Below, one piece after another: positions 8,383-18,400 of a stretch of DNA of 26,809 bases; within the stretch, counting starts at the first letter, position 1; each line of letters begins with the position of its first letter. The translations under genes were made by a program, and so were the position numbers. Below the pieces are notes generated by a model that made no database searches, was not told where the DNA came from, and saw nothing but the letters and a program-made list of their open reading frames with translations. Source of the stretch: Planctomycetota bacterium. Lineage in GTDB: Bacteria; Planctomycetota; B15-G4; JADJEK01. The DNA lies in contig JAEUIB010000679.1 in the NCBI GenBank assembly GCA_016795255.1, positions 1-26,809 on the forward strand. Reading direction: 5' to 3'.

Positions 8383-8658
8383 ATGACGCACCGACCCTCA
8401 CGCGCTTCGCACGTCGTCGCCCCGGCGGATCGTTCGGGTGCGCTCCCGCAGCTCGTCTCGCTCAAGGAGCTCGCGGATCGGTTCTCGTGCGATCGGTCGA
8501 CGATCGCGCGACGCTTGGCCGCAGCCGGCGTCCGGCCGTACGTTTTCAACGAATCCCGAACCGGATTGAAGCGGTATTCGCTCGACGAGGTCTTGGCGTT
8601 CGTTCGCGAGGCCAAGGGACCGCCGGCGCCGCAGCTCGAACCGAATCGGAGAGACTGA
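8383..8658 (+). CDS. Excisionase/AlpA-like winged-HTH DNA-binding protein (91 aa)
   Basis: LVSLKELADRFSCDRSTIARRL...GLKRYSLDEVLAFV; GGAG upstream of ATG 8383. Confidence 0.75.
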   Translation: MTHRPSRASHVVAPADRSGALPQLVSLKELADRFSCDRSTIARRLAAAGVRPYVFNESRTGLKRYSLDEVLAFVREAKGPPAPQLEPNRRD

Positions 8659-8659
8659 G

Positions 8660-9244
8660 TTGGTCACCGACCCGAAGGTGATCGCTCGGATCGGCGAACT
8701 CCGTCGCGGTGGCGCGACGAAGTCTGGCGCCGCGAAGATTCTCGGTCTCGCTCGCGGCACGATTCGAAAGTTCTGGGACCAACCCGACTCAGACGTCACG
8801 TTGCCGATTGTCCCGATCCCGGCCACTCCTTCGTCAACACCGGACGAACGAACGCGGCAAAGCCCGGATCCGCTTCAGCGCAAGGTGCGCACTCGGCAAG
8901 CAAAGCTCCAACTCCTTCGACTCGAGCGCCAGCGTCGTCACGAACTGCGCGAGCTTCAACGCGAGGAAGATGAGGCGCGGGGCGAAGTCACAGATCGCGA
9001 GGCACTATCGAAGGAAGTGGAGAATCTGCGATCGAAGCTTGCGAGCGAGAGTCGCCGCTGCGCGCAATTCGACGCTGCCGAACGTGAACGGCGCCGGCGT
9101 GTCGAGCTGCGCCGCAATGCGCGCCCGACATCGACGGGCTTCTTCCACTGCGTGCTCTGTTTCGCCCAACACAAGCTGCTCCAGAGCCGCGAACTGAAGT
9201 GCATCGCGTGCGGCGCGCCGCTCGTCCCAGGAGAACATCCATGA
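8660..9244 (+). CDS. HTH - coiled-coil - C4 Zn-ribbon protein
   Basis: N-terminal ATKSGAAKILGLARGTIRKFW (HTH), central R/E/L-rich coiled coil, C-terminal CVLC...CIAC; 1 nt after the previous stop. Confidence 0.7.
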   Translation: MVTDPKVIARIGELRRGGATKSGAAKILGLARGTIRKFWDQPDSDVTLPIVPIPATPSSTPDERTRQSPDPLQRKVRTRQAKLQLLRLERQRRHELRELQREEDEARGEVTDREALSKEVENLRSKLASESRRCAQFDAAERERRRRVELRRNARPTSTGFFHCVLCFAQHKLLQSRELKCIACGAPLVPGEHP

Positions 9245-9435
9245 CCCGAAAGCTCATTCGTCACACCGGAACGTTCGTCTGCGCGGAGTGCGGCAAGTCC
9301 TTCCGCCTCGTCAATGAGGCGAGCTTGAAGTGCGGCGAGGACTTCTGCTCCGGAGTGCTCGAGCCCGCGGATGACGACGAGCGCGACGAGGACGATTTCG
9401 ACGATGACGAGGACGACGAGGACGACGAGGACTGA
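9241..9435 (+). CDS. Small (64 aa) Zn-ribbon protein with highly acidic tail
   Basis: ATGA overlap with the previous gene; CAEC...CGEDFC; C-terminal DDDERDEDDFDDDEDDEDDED. Confidence 0.7.
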   Translation: MTRKLIRHTGTFVCAECGKSFRLVNEASLKCGEDFCSGVLEPADDDERDEDDFDDDEDDEDDED

Positions 9436-9542
9436 CGGTGGGGCGGACACGCGTGAGCTCGACGGGTGATCGTTTTGACCGGCCTGCCGTGGCCAACTTG
9501 CGCAGTTCTTGAACAGCGAACTTGCTGGATTGCGATGTGGCG

Positions 9543-11918
9543 ATGATTTCAGGCGGGGAGCCACAGCAGACACGTGCGGAACTGCTGCCTCAGCATGCGC
9601 AGCTGATCGAGGCTTCCGGAATCGCGTCGGACGTGGCGCTCGAACGCAGATACCGCTCGATCGAGGATCCCGACGAGCTGAAGCGACTCGGCTTTGCTGA
9701 GTCGCAGTGCCGCGTTCCCGGTCTCCTCATTCCGATTCACGACGTTCGCGGCAACGTGACGTTGCATCAGTATCGGCCGGATCGACCGCGCGTGCGCGGG
9801 GCCCGCCCCGTGAAGTATGAGACCCCGAAGGGTGCACGTCTCGTGATCGACGTGCCGCCGCGGGCTCGCTGCGCGATCGACGATCCGGGTGTCGCGCTTC
9901 TCATCACCGAGGGCGCGCGAAAGGCCGATGCGGCGGTTTCGCGAGGTCTGTGCTGCGTTGCGCTGCTCGGAGTATGGGGATGGCGTGGGAAGAGTCCAAC
10001 CGGCGCGTCGATCGTTCTTCCCGACTTCGAGTCGATTCACTTAAAGGGTCGGCGCGTCATCGTCGCGTTCGACAGTGACGTCACGACGAAGCGCGAAGTG
10101 CGAAAGGCGCTCGCTCGACTGCGCGCGTTGCTGTCATCTCGTGGTGCGGTCGTTCAAGTCGTGCTCCTGCCGAGCGGGGCCAACGGTGAAAAGGTTGGGC
10201 TCGACGACTACCTCGTGCAGGGGAAGAGCCTGTCGGACTTGGAGGCGCTTCCAGATCCCGAGCGACCTGAAGGATCGAACGAATCCCAGGCGTCGCAGTG
10301 CTCAGACTCGACGACCGGCGCGATCGCCGAGCGCTTGGTCCAGTTTGCGGCGAACGACGAGCTGTTTCAGGACGAACGAGGAGTCGCGCACGCGGCGGTT
10401 GTCTTGCGCGGCGTCCGCCGGATCGTTCGGCTCGGAACCGAGGACTATCGCCGCGTACTCGCGGGACGGTGCTTCGACACGCTGGGAAAGGTCCCGAGTC
10501 GCGAGGCGACACTCTCCGCGATCCGAGTCTTGGAGTCGAAGGTTCTCCCCGATGGCCTTCGACGGCCCCTACACAATCGGTTCGCAGAGTCTGACGGGGC
10601 GATCTGGATCGACCTCGCCGATGAACGGAACCGCGCGGTTCGAATCGACTCGAAGGGCTGGGCGGTCGTCGAACCGCCCATTCTGTTTCGGAGGCTCGGA
10701 CACCAACGTTCGCTACCGACCCCCGCGCGCGATGGTGACATCGAGTTGCTGCGTCGGTTCGTTCGGCTCGCTTCGCCGAACGATTGGCCGCTCTTGCGCG
10801 CATACGTCGTCAACGCGGCTCACCCGACCGTCCCATTGCCGATCCTGTGTCTGCACGGCGGTAAGGGAACCACGAAGTCCACTGCCGCTGAACTGATTCG
10901 CGCACTGCTCGATCCGTCGATCGCAAGACACCTCGAGATGGCCGACAGGCTCGCAGAGTTGGCGCAACAGCTCGACCATCACGCCGTGCCAGTCTTCGAC
11001 AACGTTTCGAGCCTTCCTCAGAGCATCGGTGACTTGCTGTGCAAAGCGGCGACGGGCGGCACGTTCTCGAAGCGGCAGCTCTTCACCGACGACGACGACT
11101 GCTTCTTCAACCTCAAGTGTTCGCCGATCCTCACGTCGATTGTCCTGCCGACGCGGCAAACCGACCTACTCGATCGGATCATCGACTTTGAGTTCACCGA
11201 GGTGCCCCCGCGCGAGAGACGCGAACGAGCCGCTCTTATGGAGGAGTTCGAAGCATTGAAGCCGCGAATCTTCGGGGGGATCCTCGACCTGCTCGTCGGC
11301 GCGCTCGCGATTCATCCCACGCTTCCGGAGTTCGATCTCCCGCGCATGGCTGACTTCGCGCGTTGGGCAGCCGCCGTGAACGTCGCTGCGGGCGGAACTG
11401 AGCGCGAGCTGCTCGAGAATCTTCAACGAAACGTGGCGGTGCGCGAGGGACACGTCCTCGACTGCGAGCCGTTGCTGCACGCGATCATCGGGTTGGTCGA
11501 CGATTCGGGCGGACACTGGCGAGGTACGGCGACTCAACTCTTGGAGACTCTGTACCGGCGCGACGGCCGCCGAAGCGGCAACCAGGGCCTGCCGCGAAAC
11601 ATCAACGCACTCTCGCGGCAGTTGCGTGAGTTCAAGCAGACTCTCGCAGCGCTCGGCGTCGAAATCGCGTTCTCGGCTTCGCACCACAATGGACGCCCGA
11701 TCGAACTCACGAAGCTCGTGTCACGATCGAATGCGTCCGAATCGTCCCGAATTGCGGAAGTTGAGAACAGGCCGGGTATCACGGCGGGCATGGGAGCTCG
11801 ACGGAGCAATGAATGCGTCCCGAGCAACGTCCGCGAAAGCTCGCGGCCGAACGGCGCGATACGGGCGTTCAGGCCGCCGGACGGATCGGACGATATCGGT
11901 GCGGGCCGCGACAGTTGA
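9543..11918 (+). CDS. Primase-helicase replication protein (DUF3854/Toprim-like primase + SF3-like AAA+ helicase)
   Basis: LLITEGARKADA, VIVAFDSD, KVGLDDYL (Toprim); LHGGKGTTKST (Walker A), VPVFDNVS (Walker B), DLLDRII (Arg finger). Track ORF starts 9522 (TTG); in-frame ATG at 9543. Confidence 0.85.
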   Translation: MISGGEPQQTRAELLPQHAQLIEASGIASDVALERRYRSIEDPDELKRLGFAESQCRVPGLLIPIHDVRGNVTLHQYRPDRPRVRGARPVKYETPKGARLVIDVPPRARCAIDDPGVALLITEGARKADAAVSRGLCCVALLGVWGWRGKSPTGASIVLPDFESIHLKGRRVIVAFDSDVTTKREVRKALARLRALLSSRGAVVQVVLLPSGANGEKVGLDDYLVQGKSLSDLEALPDPERPEGSNESQASQCSDSTTGAIAERLVQFAANDELFQDERGVAHAAVVLRGVRRIVRLGTEDYRRVLAGRCFDTLGKVPSREATLSAIRVLESKVLPDGLRRPLHNRFAESDGAIWIDLADERNRAVRIDSKGWAVVEPPILFRRLGHQRSLPTPARDGDIELLRRFVRLASPNDWPLLRAYVVNAAHPTVPLPILCLHGGKGTTKSTAAELIRALLDPSIARHLEMADRLAELAQQLDHHAVPVFDNVSSLPQSIGDLLCKAATGGTFSKRQLFTDDDDCFFNLKCSPILTSIVLPTRQTDLLDRIIDFEFTEVPPRERRERAALMEEFEALKPRIFGGILDLLVGALAIHPTLPEFDLPRMADFARWAAAVNVAAGGTERELLENLQRNVAVREGHVLDCEPLLHAIIGLVDDSGGHWRGTATQLLETLYRRDGRRSGNQGLPRNINALSRQLREFKQTLAALGVEIAFSASHHNGRPIELTKLVSRSNASESSRIAEVENRPGITAGMGARRSNECVPSNVRESSRPNGAIRAFRPPDGSDDIGAGRDS

Positions 11919-11953
11919 GTCGGACGATATCGGTGCGGGCCGCGACAGTTGAG
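11886..11953 (+). repeat. Perfect tandem duplication, 2 x 34 bp, spanning the primase stop
   Basis: TCGGACGATATCGGTGCGGGCCGCGACAGTTGAG at 11886-11919 and 11920-11953. Confidence 0.9.
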
Positions 11954-12095
11954 ATGGAGTGACGGAACGGGCAGTGTTGCCCGTCCGATCTCCAGTGTCG
12001 TCGTTCAAAGGGCGAGGCATAGGGCAGGGCATCACGATCGGCGTTGCAGTGACGCTGTTGCAAACTGCGGTGTCACTTCCTAGCCTGCGAGGCTG

Positions 12096-12536
12096 ATGCG
12101 CAAGAGCGTGCTCCAGACAATCGCGACGTGGGTCTGCCTCGTTGCCTATGCGCTGACCGGCGCCATCGCCGGGGCCCATGCCGTCGTGTTGTGCGTCGGC
12201 CCGAATGGACACGTTGAGTTCGAACTCTCCGCGGGCGCTCCGTGCGGCGGCTGCGGAGTCGAAAGTTGGCCGGAGCTCGGTACCGAGCCGGTCTCGCTCA
12301 TCTCGAGCGCTTCGGCGTCGCAATGTCCGTGCGTCGACATTCCGATCGCGATCGGATCGTCGGGACCACAGGCGCAAGCGCCGAACAACGACTCCCTGAA
12401 GCACGTCGTCATCGCCTACGCGGCGGTTGAGACGTTGCGGTTGGCTTTCCCCGTCCGTTGCGAGCCGGTCGCCGCGCTTCGCGATCCGCAACCTCCGCTG
12501 ATCGCGAATCTGCGGACGGTTGTCCTTCTCGTCTAG
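12096..12536 (+). CDS. CzcI/DUF2946-like Cys/His-containing protein preceding the czc operon
   Basis: N-terminal hydrophobic segment, LCVGPNGHVEFE, CGGC, CPCVD, C-terminal LRTVVLLV; first gene of the metal cassette. Confidence 0.6.
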   Translation: MRKSVLQTIATWVCLVAYALTGAIAGAHAVVLCVGPNGHVEFELSAGAPCGGCGVESWPELGTEPVSLISSASASQCPCVDIPIAIGSSGPQAQAPNNDSLKHVVIAYAAVETLRLAFPVRCEPVAALRDPQPPLIANLRTVVLLV

Positions 12537-12668
12537 CCGAACCCGATCCGAGACCCGCAGCCCGCTGCACGCTCATGCGTGCGCATAGCGAGCTGTTCGT
12601 GGCATCGCGCTTTTGTCGCGATTCGCCGCGCGTGCGTTCGGTCCCAGAGTTTCGGTCGAGAGGGTCAC

Positions 12669-14069
12669 GTGAAGAGACGCGCAATCCATGCAGTCATCGT
12701 TCGACGCATTGCACTCGCAACGATCGGCATCGTCACGTTCGGATGCGTCACACCGCCGCCCGAACCGGATGCGGAGACGCTCATCGCGGACGCGACGAGA
12801 TCGTCGCCCCCGATCCTCTTCACGCCCGATGACGAGTCGATCGACGCGCCATCGTCGGCGCCCGAAGTGCTGACTCGTGAAGAGGCGATCCGGCGCGCGA
12901 TCCTCGGCGACGCGCGGCTGCAAGCGCTGCTTGCGCGCGTACGCATGGCTCTCGCCGATGCAGAGCAGACGCGGCTGCTCCCGAATCCGATTCTCGAAGT
13001 CGCGTACCGCTTTCCCACCGTCTCCGATGCGCCGGACGAAATCGAAGTCGGTGTCACTGCCGAGTTGCTTCCCTTGCTAACGCGTCCGGGACGCAGTCGG
13101 GCCGCTGACGACAGACTTCGTGGAACCGTGTCGGACGCGATCGATCGAGCGCTCGATGTCGTGGCTCTCGTCCGGAGTCGGTATGCGGCGGTTCAAGCGT
13201 TCGAGGAGTTGATCCCGTCGCTCAATGGTCGGCGAGACCTGTTGGGGAGGCTGCGAACAGTCGCGCAAGAGCGCCTCGACGCGGGCGAGGGGATTCGCCT
13301 CGACGTCACTTCGCTTCGAACGCAGGAAGCCGAACTCGACTTGGACCTGTTGGAACTTGCCCGAGATCGCGCGGATGCGCGACTCGAACTGGCCCAGCTC
13401 ATGGGTGTTCCTTCGGAGCGAGGAGACTGGAAAGTCGAACCGCGCGAAGCCCCGACTCCGGTTCCGGTCGAGCACGAAGCGCGTTGGATCGAAGCCGCAC
13501 TCGCGAGTCGCCCCGACATCGAAGCGATTCGATGGGAGCTGGTGGCTCTCAAGGAGGAGGCCCAGCTCGCGGGCCTCTCGATTCTCGAAGGCGCCGGCGC
13601 AGGGATCTCCGCGGAGAAGGCGGAGGACTGGTCGATCGGGCCCGCTGTGAGCATTCCAATTCCGCTGTTCGACTTCGGGCAAGCCCGTCGCGCGCGTGCC
13701 GAAGCGAGTCTCATCGAGGCGCGGCATAGGCTTCTGGAAACGAGGCGCGTCGCCGTCTCCGAAGTGCGTCGCGCTCTCGTTAGCTACGCCGCGCTCCAAC
13801 AGAGCGTCGAGCGCCTCCGCGATGTCGTCCTTCCGCTGCAACGCCAGCGTCGCGAGGAAATCGAAGCCATCTACCTCGGTGGGCAAGCGGACATCACGTC
13901 GCTGATCATCGCCGAACAGGAGCTTCGACTTTCGCAAGTGAAGCTCATCGGGCTCGAAGAACGCATCGCGCTCTCTCGCGCCGCGCTCGAGCGAGCGGTG
14001 GGTGGGCCGGCTGCGGCTCTGCGCGTCGAGACCGAAACTCGCGAATCCGACTCGGGAGAAAGACCATGA
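12669..14069 (+). CDS. czcC: TolC-family outer-membrane factor of heavy-metal RND pump (lipoprotein)
   Basis: GTG 12669 after GAGAGGG; lipobox TFGC; LTREEAIRRAI, LLPNP, VSIPIPLFD OEP motifs; upstream of MFP and RND genes. Confidence 0.85.
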   Translation: MKRRAIHAVIVRRIALATIGIVTFGCVTPPPEPDAETLIADATRSSPPILFTPDDESIDAPSSAPEVLTREEAIRRAILGDARLQALLARVRMALADAEQTRLLPNPILEVAYRFPTVSDAPDEIEVGVTAELLPLLTRPGRSRAADDRLRGTVSDAIDRALDVVALVRSRYAAVQAFEELIPSLNGRRDLLGRLRTVAQERLDAGEGIRLDVTSLRTQEAELDLDLLELARDRADARLELAQLMGVPSERGDWKVEPREAPTPVPVEHEARWIEAALASRPDIEAIRWELVALKEEAQLAGLSILEGAGAGISAEKAEDWSIGPAVSIPIPLFDFGQARRARAEASLIEARHRLLETRRVAVSEVRRALVSYAALQQSVERLRDVVLPLQRQRREEIEAIYLGGQADITSLIIAEQELRLSQVKLIGLEERIALSRAALERAVGGPAAALRVETETRESDSGERP

Positions 14070-15388
14070 AGATGCTGAGTGAGTGCGCACTCGCGCGCGT
14101 TTGGTGCCTTGTCGCCGTGTTCGTGTGGATCGGTTGTGGTGACAAAGGCGGGTCGGAGAAAGGGCACGCCCACGATCACGATGAGCACGGGCATGAGCCA
14201 GGTGCGCACGCAGACGAAGCGGATGAGCACGGGCACGGCGAGGAGGAACACGAAGGTCACTCCGATGAGGTGACGCTCGCGGCCTCTCAGCTCGAGCAGT
14301 ACGGAATCCGAGTGGAGACGGTCGGAAAGCGCACGCTCGTTCCGACGGTGCTCGTGCCCGCTCAAGTCGCATTCAATCGCGAGGCGATCGCGCACGTGGG
14401 AAGCCCGGTGCGCGGGAGGATTTCCGAAGTCCTCGCCAAAGTCGGTCAGGACGTGAAGCAGGGCGAACGCCTGCTCACGATCGAGAGTCCGGAACTCGGC
14501 GAAGCGCAGAGCGAGTACCTGCAAAAGCGCGCATTCGCGAAAACGGCCGGGCCGATCGTCGATCTGTCCAAAGACGCGTTCGAACGGGCGAAAGCGCTCC
14601 TCGAGAAGTCGCAAGGCATCACGCTCACCGAAGTCCAGAAGCGCGAAGGCGACTTCCGGACGGCGGAAGCCGAGCTTCGAAACGCGGAGACCGCGAGAGA
14701 TGCCGCGCGAAATCGACTCACCCTGCTCGGCATGAACTCCGATGCCGTTGCTCGGCTCGAGGAAAGCAACGCGCTCGATCCACGTTTTGCGATCACTGCA
14801 CCGATCTCGGGACAAGTGATCGAACGCGAAGCGACGTTGGGCGAGCTCGTTGGGCCGGATCGCGAGCGACTGCTCGCCATCGCAGACCTGTCGAAACTGT
14901 GGGTTCTCGGCAAGGTTCCCGAGGCGAAGTTGCGCCGCGTGTCCGTGGGATCGAAGGCACGCGTGCTTCTTGGCGCTGCGGCGGGTCACTGGTGCGAAGG
15001 GAAAGTCGTCTACGTCTCGCCGTCGCTCGACGTGCGCACGCGCACGGTTGACGTGCGGATCGAAGCAGAGGATCGCCATCCCGAACTTCGGCCCGGACTC
15101 TTTGCGCAAGCGGAGATCGAGCTCGCGCCTGAACACGATGCCGGCGCGACCGAACAACTCGTCGTTCCCGAGGGCGCCGTGATGGTGCTCGAAGGGGCGA
15201 CGACCGTGTTCGTGCCGGTCGAAGGGGAAGAAGGAGCATTCACGAAGCGCCTCGTCGCTGTCGGCGAGAGCGTCGGGGGATTCCGGCCCGTCTTCTCGGG
15301 CCTCGCTCTCGGTGAGAGCGTCGTCGTGTCGGGAACGTTCCTTCTCAAGGCTGAGCTCGGCAAGGGCTCGGCCGCGCACGAACACTGA
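14066..15388 (+). CDS. czcB: Heavy-metal RND periplasmic adaptor (MFP) with His-rich N-terminus
   Basis: HAHDHDEHGHEPGAH...; VGSPVRGRISEV..GQDVKQGE lipoyl motifs, ITAPISGQVIER, LRPGLFAQA; ATGA overlap with czcC. Confidence 0.9.
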   Translation: MKMLSECALARVWCLVAVFVWIGCGDKGGSEKGHAHDHDEHGHEPGAHADEADEHGHGEEEHEGHSDEVTLAASQLEQYGIRVETVGKRTLVPTVLVPAQVAFNREAIAHVGSPVRGRISEVLAKVGQDVKQGERLLTIESPELGEAQSEYLQKRAFAKTAGPIVDLSKDAFERAKALLEKSQGITLTEVQKREGDFRTAEAELRNAETARDAARNRLTLLGMNSDAVARLEESNALDPRFAITAPISGQVIEREATLGELVGPDRERLLAIADLSKLWVLGKVPEAKLRRVSVGSKARVLLGAAAGHWCEGKVVYVSPSLDVRTRTVDVRIEAEDRHPELRPGLFAQAEIELAPEHDAGATEQLVVPEGAVMVLEGATTVFVPVEGEEGAFTKRLVAVGESVGGFRPVFSGLALGESVVVSGTFLLKAELGKGSAAHEH

Positions 15389-15402
15389 TCCGGAGACCCG
15401 AC

Positions 15403-18400
15403 GTGCTTGCACGCTTTCTTCAGTGGTCGATCGAGCATCGCACGCTTGTCGTGCTGCTCACGCTCATCGTTGCCGTGATCGGTGGCTTCTCGATGGCCCG
15501 GTTGCCCATCGATGCAGTGCCGGACATCACCAACAACCAAGTCCAGATCAACACGGTCGTTCCGGAGCTCTCGCCGACCGAAGTCGAGAAGCAAGTCACG
15601 TTCGTCGTCGAAACGGCGCTCGCGGGAATCCCCGGCCTCGAATACACGCGTTCGCTGTCGAGGAACGGTTTCTCGCAAGTCACGGCCGTCTTCCGCGACG
15701 ACGTCGACATCTATTTCGCGCGCACGCAGGTGAACGAGCGCCTCGGAGAAGCACGAGAGGCTCTGCCGAGTGGGGCCGAGCCACGCATGGGCGCGATCTC
15801 GACCGGGTTGGGCGAGATCTACATGTGGACGGTCGAGTTCGAGCACCCCGGCGGCGAGGGCGCAAAGCCGATCTCGGGAAAGCCGGGCTGGCAACACGAC
15901 GGCTCGTATCTCACCCCTGAGGGCGAGACACTGCGGACGGACGTCGAGCGCGCCTCGTACCTGCGAACCGTTCAGGACTGGGTGATTCGCCCCCAACTTC
16001 GCGGCGTCGAGGGCGTCGCGGGAGTCGACGCGATCGGCGGCTACGTCAAGCAGTACCACGTCGAGCCCGATCCGATGGAGCTCGTGAGCTATGGGATCAC
16101 GTTCGCCGACGTCATCGATGCGCTCGAGGGGAACAACGTCAGCACGGGCGCGGGCTACGTCGAGCACCAGGGCGAGAGCTACCTCGTGCGCGCTGCCGGT
16201 CGCATCGAAGACGCGGCGCAGATCGCCGACATCGTCGTTGGGTCGCGCGGCGGGACGCCCATTTACGTTCGCGACGTCGCGACGGTTCACGTCGGCCGTG
16301 AGCTGCGTACGGGAAGCGCGAGTGAGAACGGTGAAGAGGTCGTCGTCGGGACCGTGCTCATGCTCATCGGTGCGAACAGCCGCACGGTGGCTCAAGCGGT
16401 CGACGCGCGGATGGAAGTGATCAACGCCGCACTGCCGCCGGACATCGAAGCGCGCACGGTCTTGAATCGCACGAAGCTCGTGAACGCGACGATTCACACC
16501 GTCAGCAAGAACCTGGCGGAAGGCGCGGGGCTCGTCATCGCCATTCTCCTGCTGTTCCTCGGCAACTTCCGCGCCGCACTCATTTGCGCACTGGCGATCC
16601 CGCTCTCGATGTTGATGACCGCGATCGGCATGGTGCAGACGCGAATCAGCGGCAACTTGATGAGCCTCGGCGCGATCGACTTCGGGCTGATCGTCGACGG
16701 GGCCGTGATCATCGTCGAGAACAGCCTTCGCAAACTCGCAGAGCGTCAGCACGCGCTGGGACGAATCCTCACGCTGCCCGAGCGACTGCGCGAAGTCACG
16801 GTGGCCGCGAAGGAGATGGTCCAGCCCTCGGTCTTCGGGCAGGCCATCATCGTCACGGTCTACATCCCTCTGCTCGCGCTCACCGGCGTCGAAGGGAAGA
16901 TGTTCCACCCGATGGCGATGACGGTGATCTTCGCCCTGATCGCCGCATTCGTGCTGTCGCTGACGTTCGTGCCGGCGATGGTGGCGATCATCGTTCGTGG
17001 CAAGGTTCAGGAGAAGGAGAGTTTCCTCGTCCGCGCCGCGAAGGCGCCGTATGCGCCGATCATTCGTGGCGCGGTGCGGGCTCGCTGGGCCGTCGTTGCG
17101 CTCGCGATCGCGGCATTCGCGGGCTCGCTCGTCATTGCCGGTCGGCTCGGGCAAGAATTCGTGCCGACGCTCGACGAACGCGACATCGCGATGCACGCGA
17201 TGCGGATCCCGAGCACTTCACTGACGCAATCGACGGAGATGCAGTTCGAAGTCGAGCGCGCTGTGTCCAAGTTCCCCGAAGTGGCCTTCGTCTTTTCGAA
17301 GACGGGCACGGCGGAGATGGCCTCGGATCCTATGCCGCCGAACGTGTCCGACACGTTCATCATCCTGCGATCACGCGAGGAATGGCCCGATCCCCTCGAG
17401 ACGAAAGAGTCGCTGCGCATGCGACTCGAGGAAGCCGTGGAGCGCGTGCCCGGCAACAACTACGAATGGACCCAACCGATCGAAATGCGCTTCAACGAAC
17501 TGCTCGCCGGGGTTCGCGGCGATGTCGCAGTCAAGGTCTACGGCGACGACTTCGAGAAGATGCGCATCACCGCCGAACGCATCAAGAGCGTGCTGCAAGG
17601 AATCGAAGGGTCAGCCGACGTGAAGGTCGAGCAGACGACCGGGCTCCCCGTCATGAGTATTCGCATCGATCGCCAGGCGATCGCGCGGTACGGCTTGAAG
17701 ATGGTGGATGTGCAGGAGGTCGTCGCGGCCGCCGTCGGCGGTCGGGAAGCTGGACAGGTCTTCGAAGGCGATCGTCGCTTCGACTTGGTGGTCCGTCTTC
17801 CGGACGCGATGCGACGCGACGTGGACACGATCCGAAACCTCCCCATTCCGATCGCGCATCACGAAGGGGAGTCCGATGCGGGTTCATCCGGCGATGTCGT
17901 CGCGAGTCTCGATGCGCCCCAATCGATGGAAGTGGCATTCGTGCCGCTCAGCTCGCTGGCCGAAGTCGAAGTCGCCGAAGGGATGAACCAGGTGAGTCGC
18001 GAGAACGGCAAGCGCCGAATCGTCGTTCAGTGCAACGTGCGCGGCCGTGATCTCGGCTCGTTCGTGATGGCGGCGCAGGAAGCCGTCAAGTCGGTCGAGC
18101 TGCCGCCCGGTGGATGGCTCGATTGGGGCGGAGAGTTCGAGAACCTCGTCGCTGCGCGGAAGCGGCTGACGGTCGTCGTTCCGGTGTGCTTCCTGCTCAT
18201 CTTCTTCCTGCTCTACAGCGCTTTCGGATCGGTGCGATTCGCGCTTCTCGTCTTCAGCTGCGTTCCGCTCGGCCTGACCGGCGGCATCCTCGCGTTGTGG
18301 CTCCGCGACATGCCGTTCTCGATCACGGCGCACGTGGGCTTCATCGCCCTCTCCGGCGTCGCGGTGTTGAACGGACTTGTGATGGTCAGCTGCATCAATC

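Noticed and set aside
8087-8386. 99-aa ORF whose stop overlaps the xis-like start; also minus-strand ORFs 7984..8391 and 8099..8401 as a possible repressor
   Set aside because: No HTH or other protein-like pattern and no clear RBS; not supportable
9370-9432. GACGAN triplet microsatellite
   Set aside because: Explained by the Asp/Glu tail of the 64-aa ORF; the His-rich repeats near 14160-14270 and 20990-21035 are likewise coding
10855-10883. Non-canonical Walker A (GGKGTTKST) as a sign of an inactive helicase
   Set aside because: The catalytic Lys-Ser/Thr, Walker B and Arg finger are retained; the residue before Lys varies in this helicase group
11886-11953. Mini CRISPR array
   Set aside because: The two 34-bp copies are directly adjacent with no spacer, and there are no cas genes
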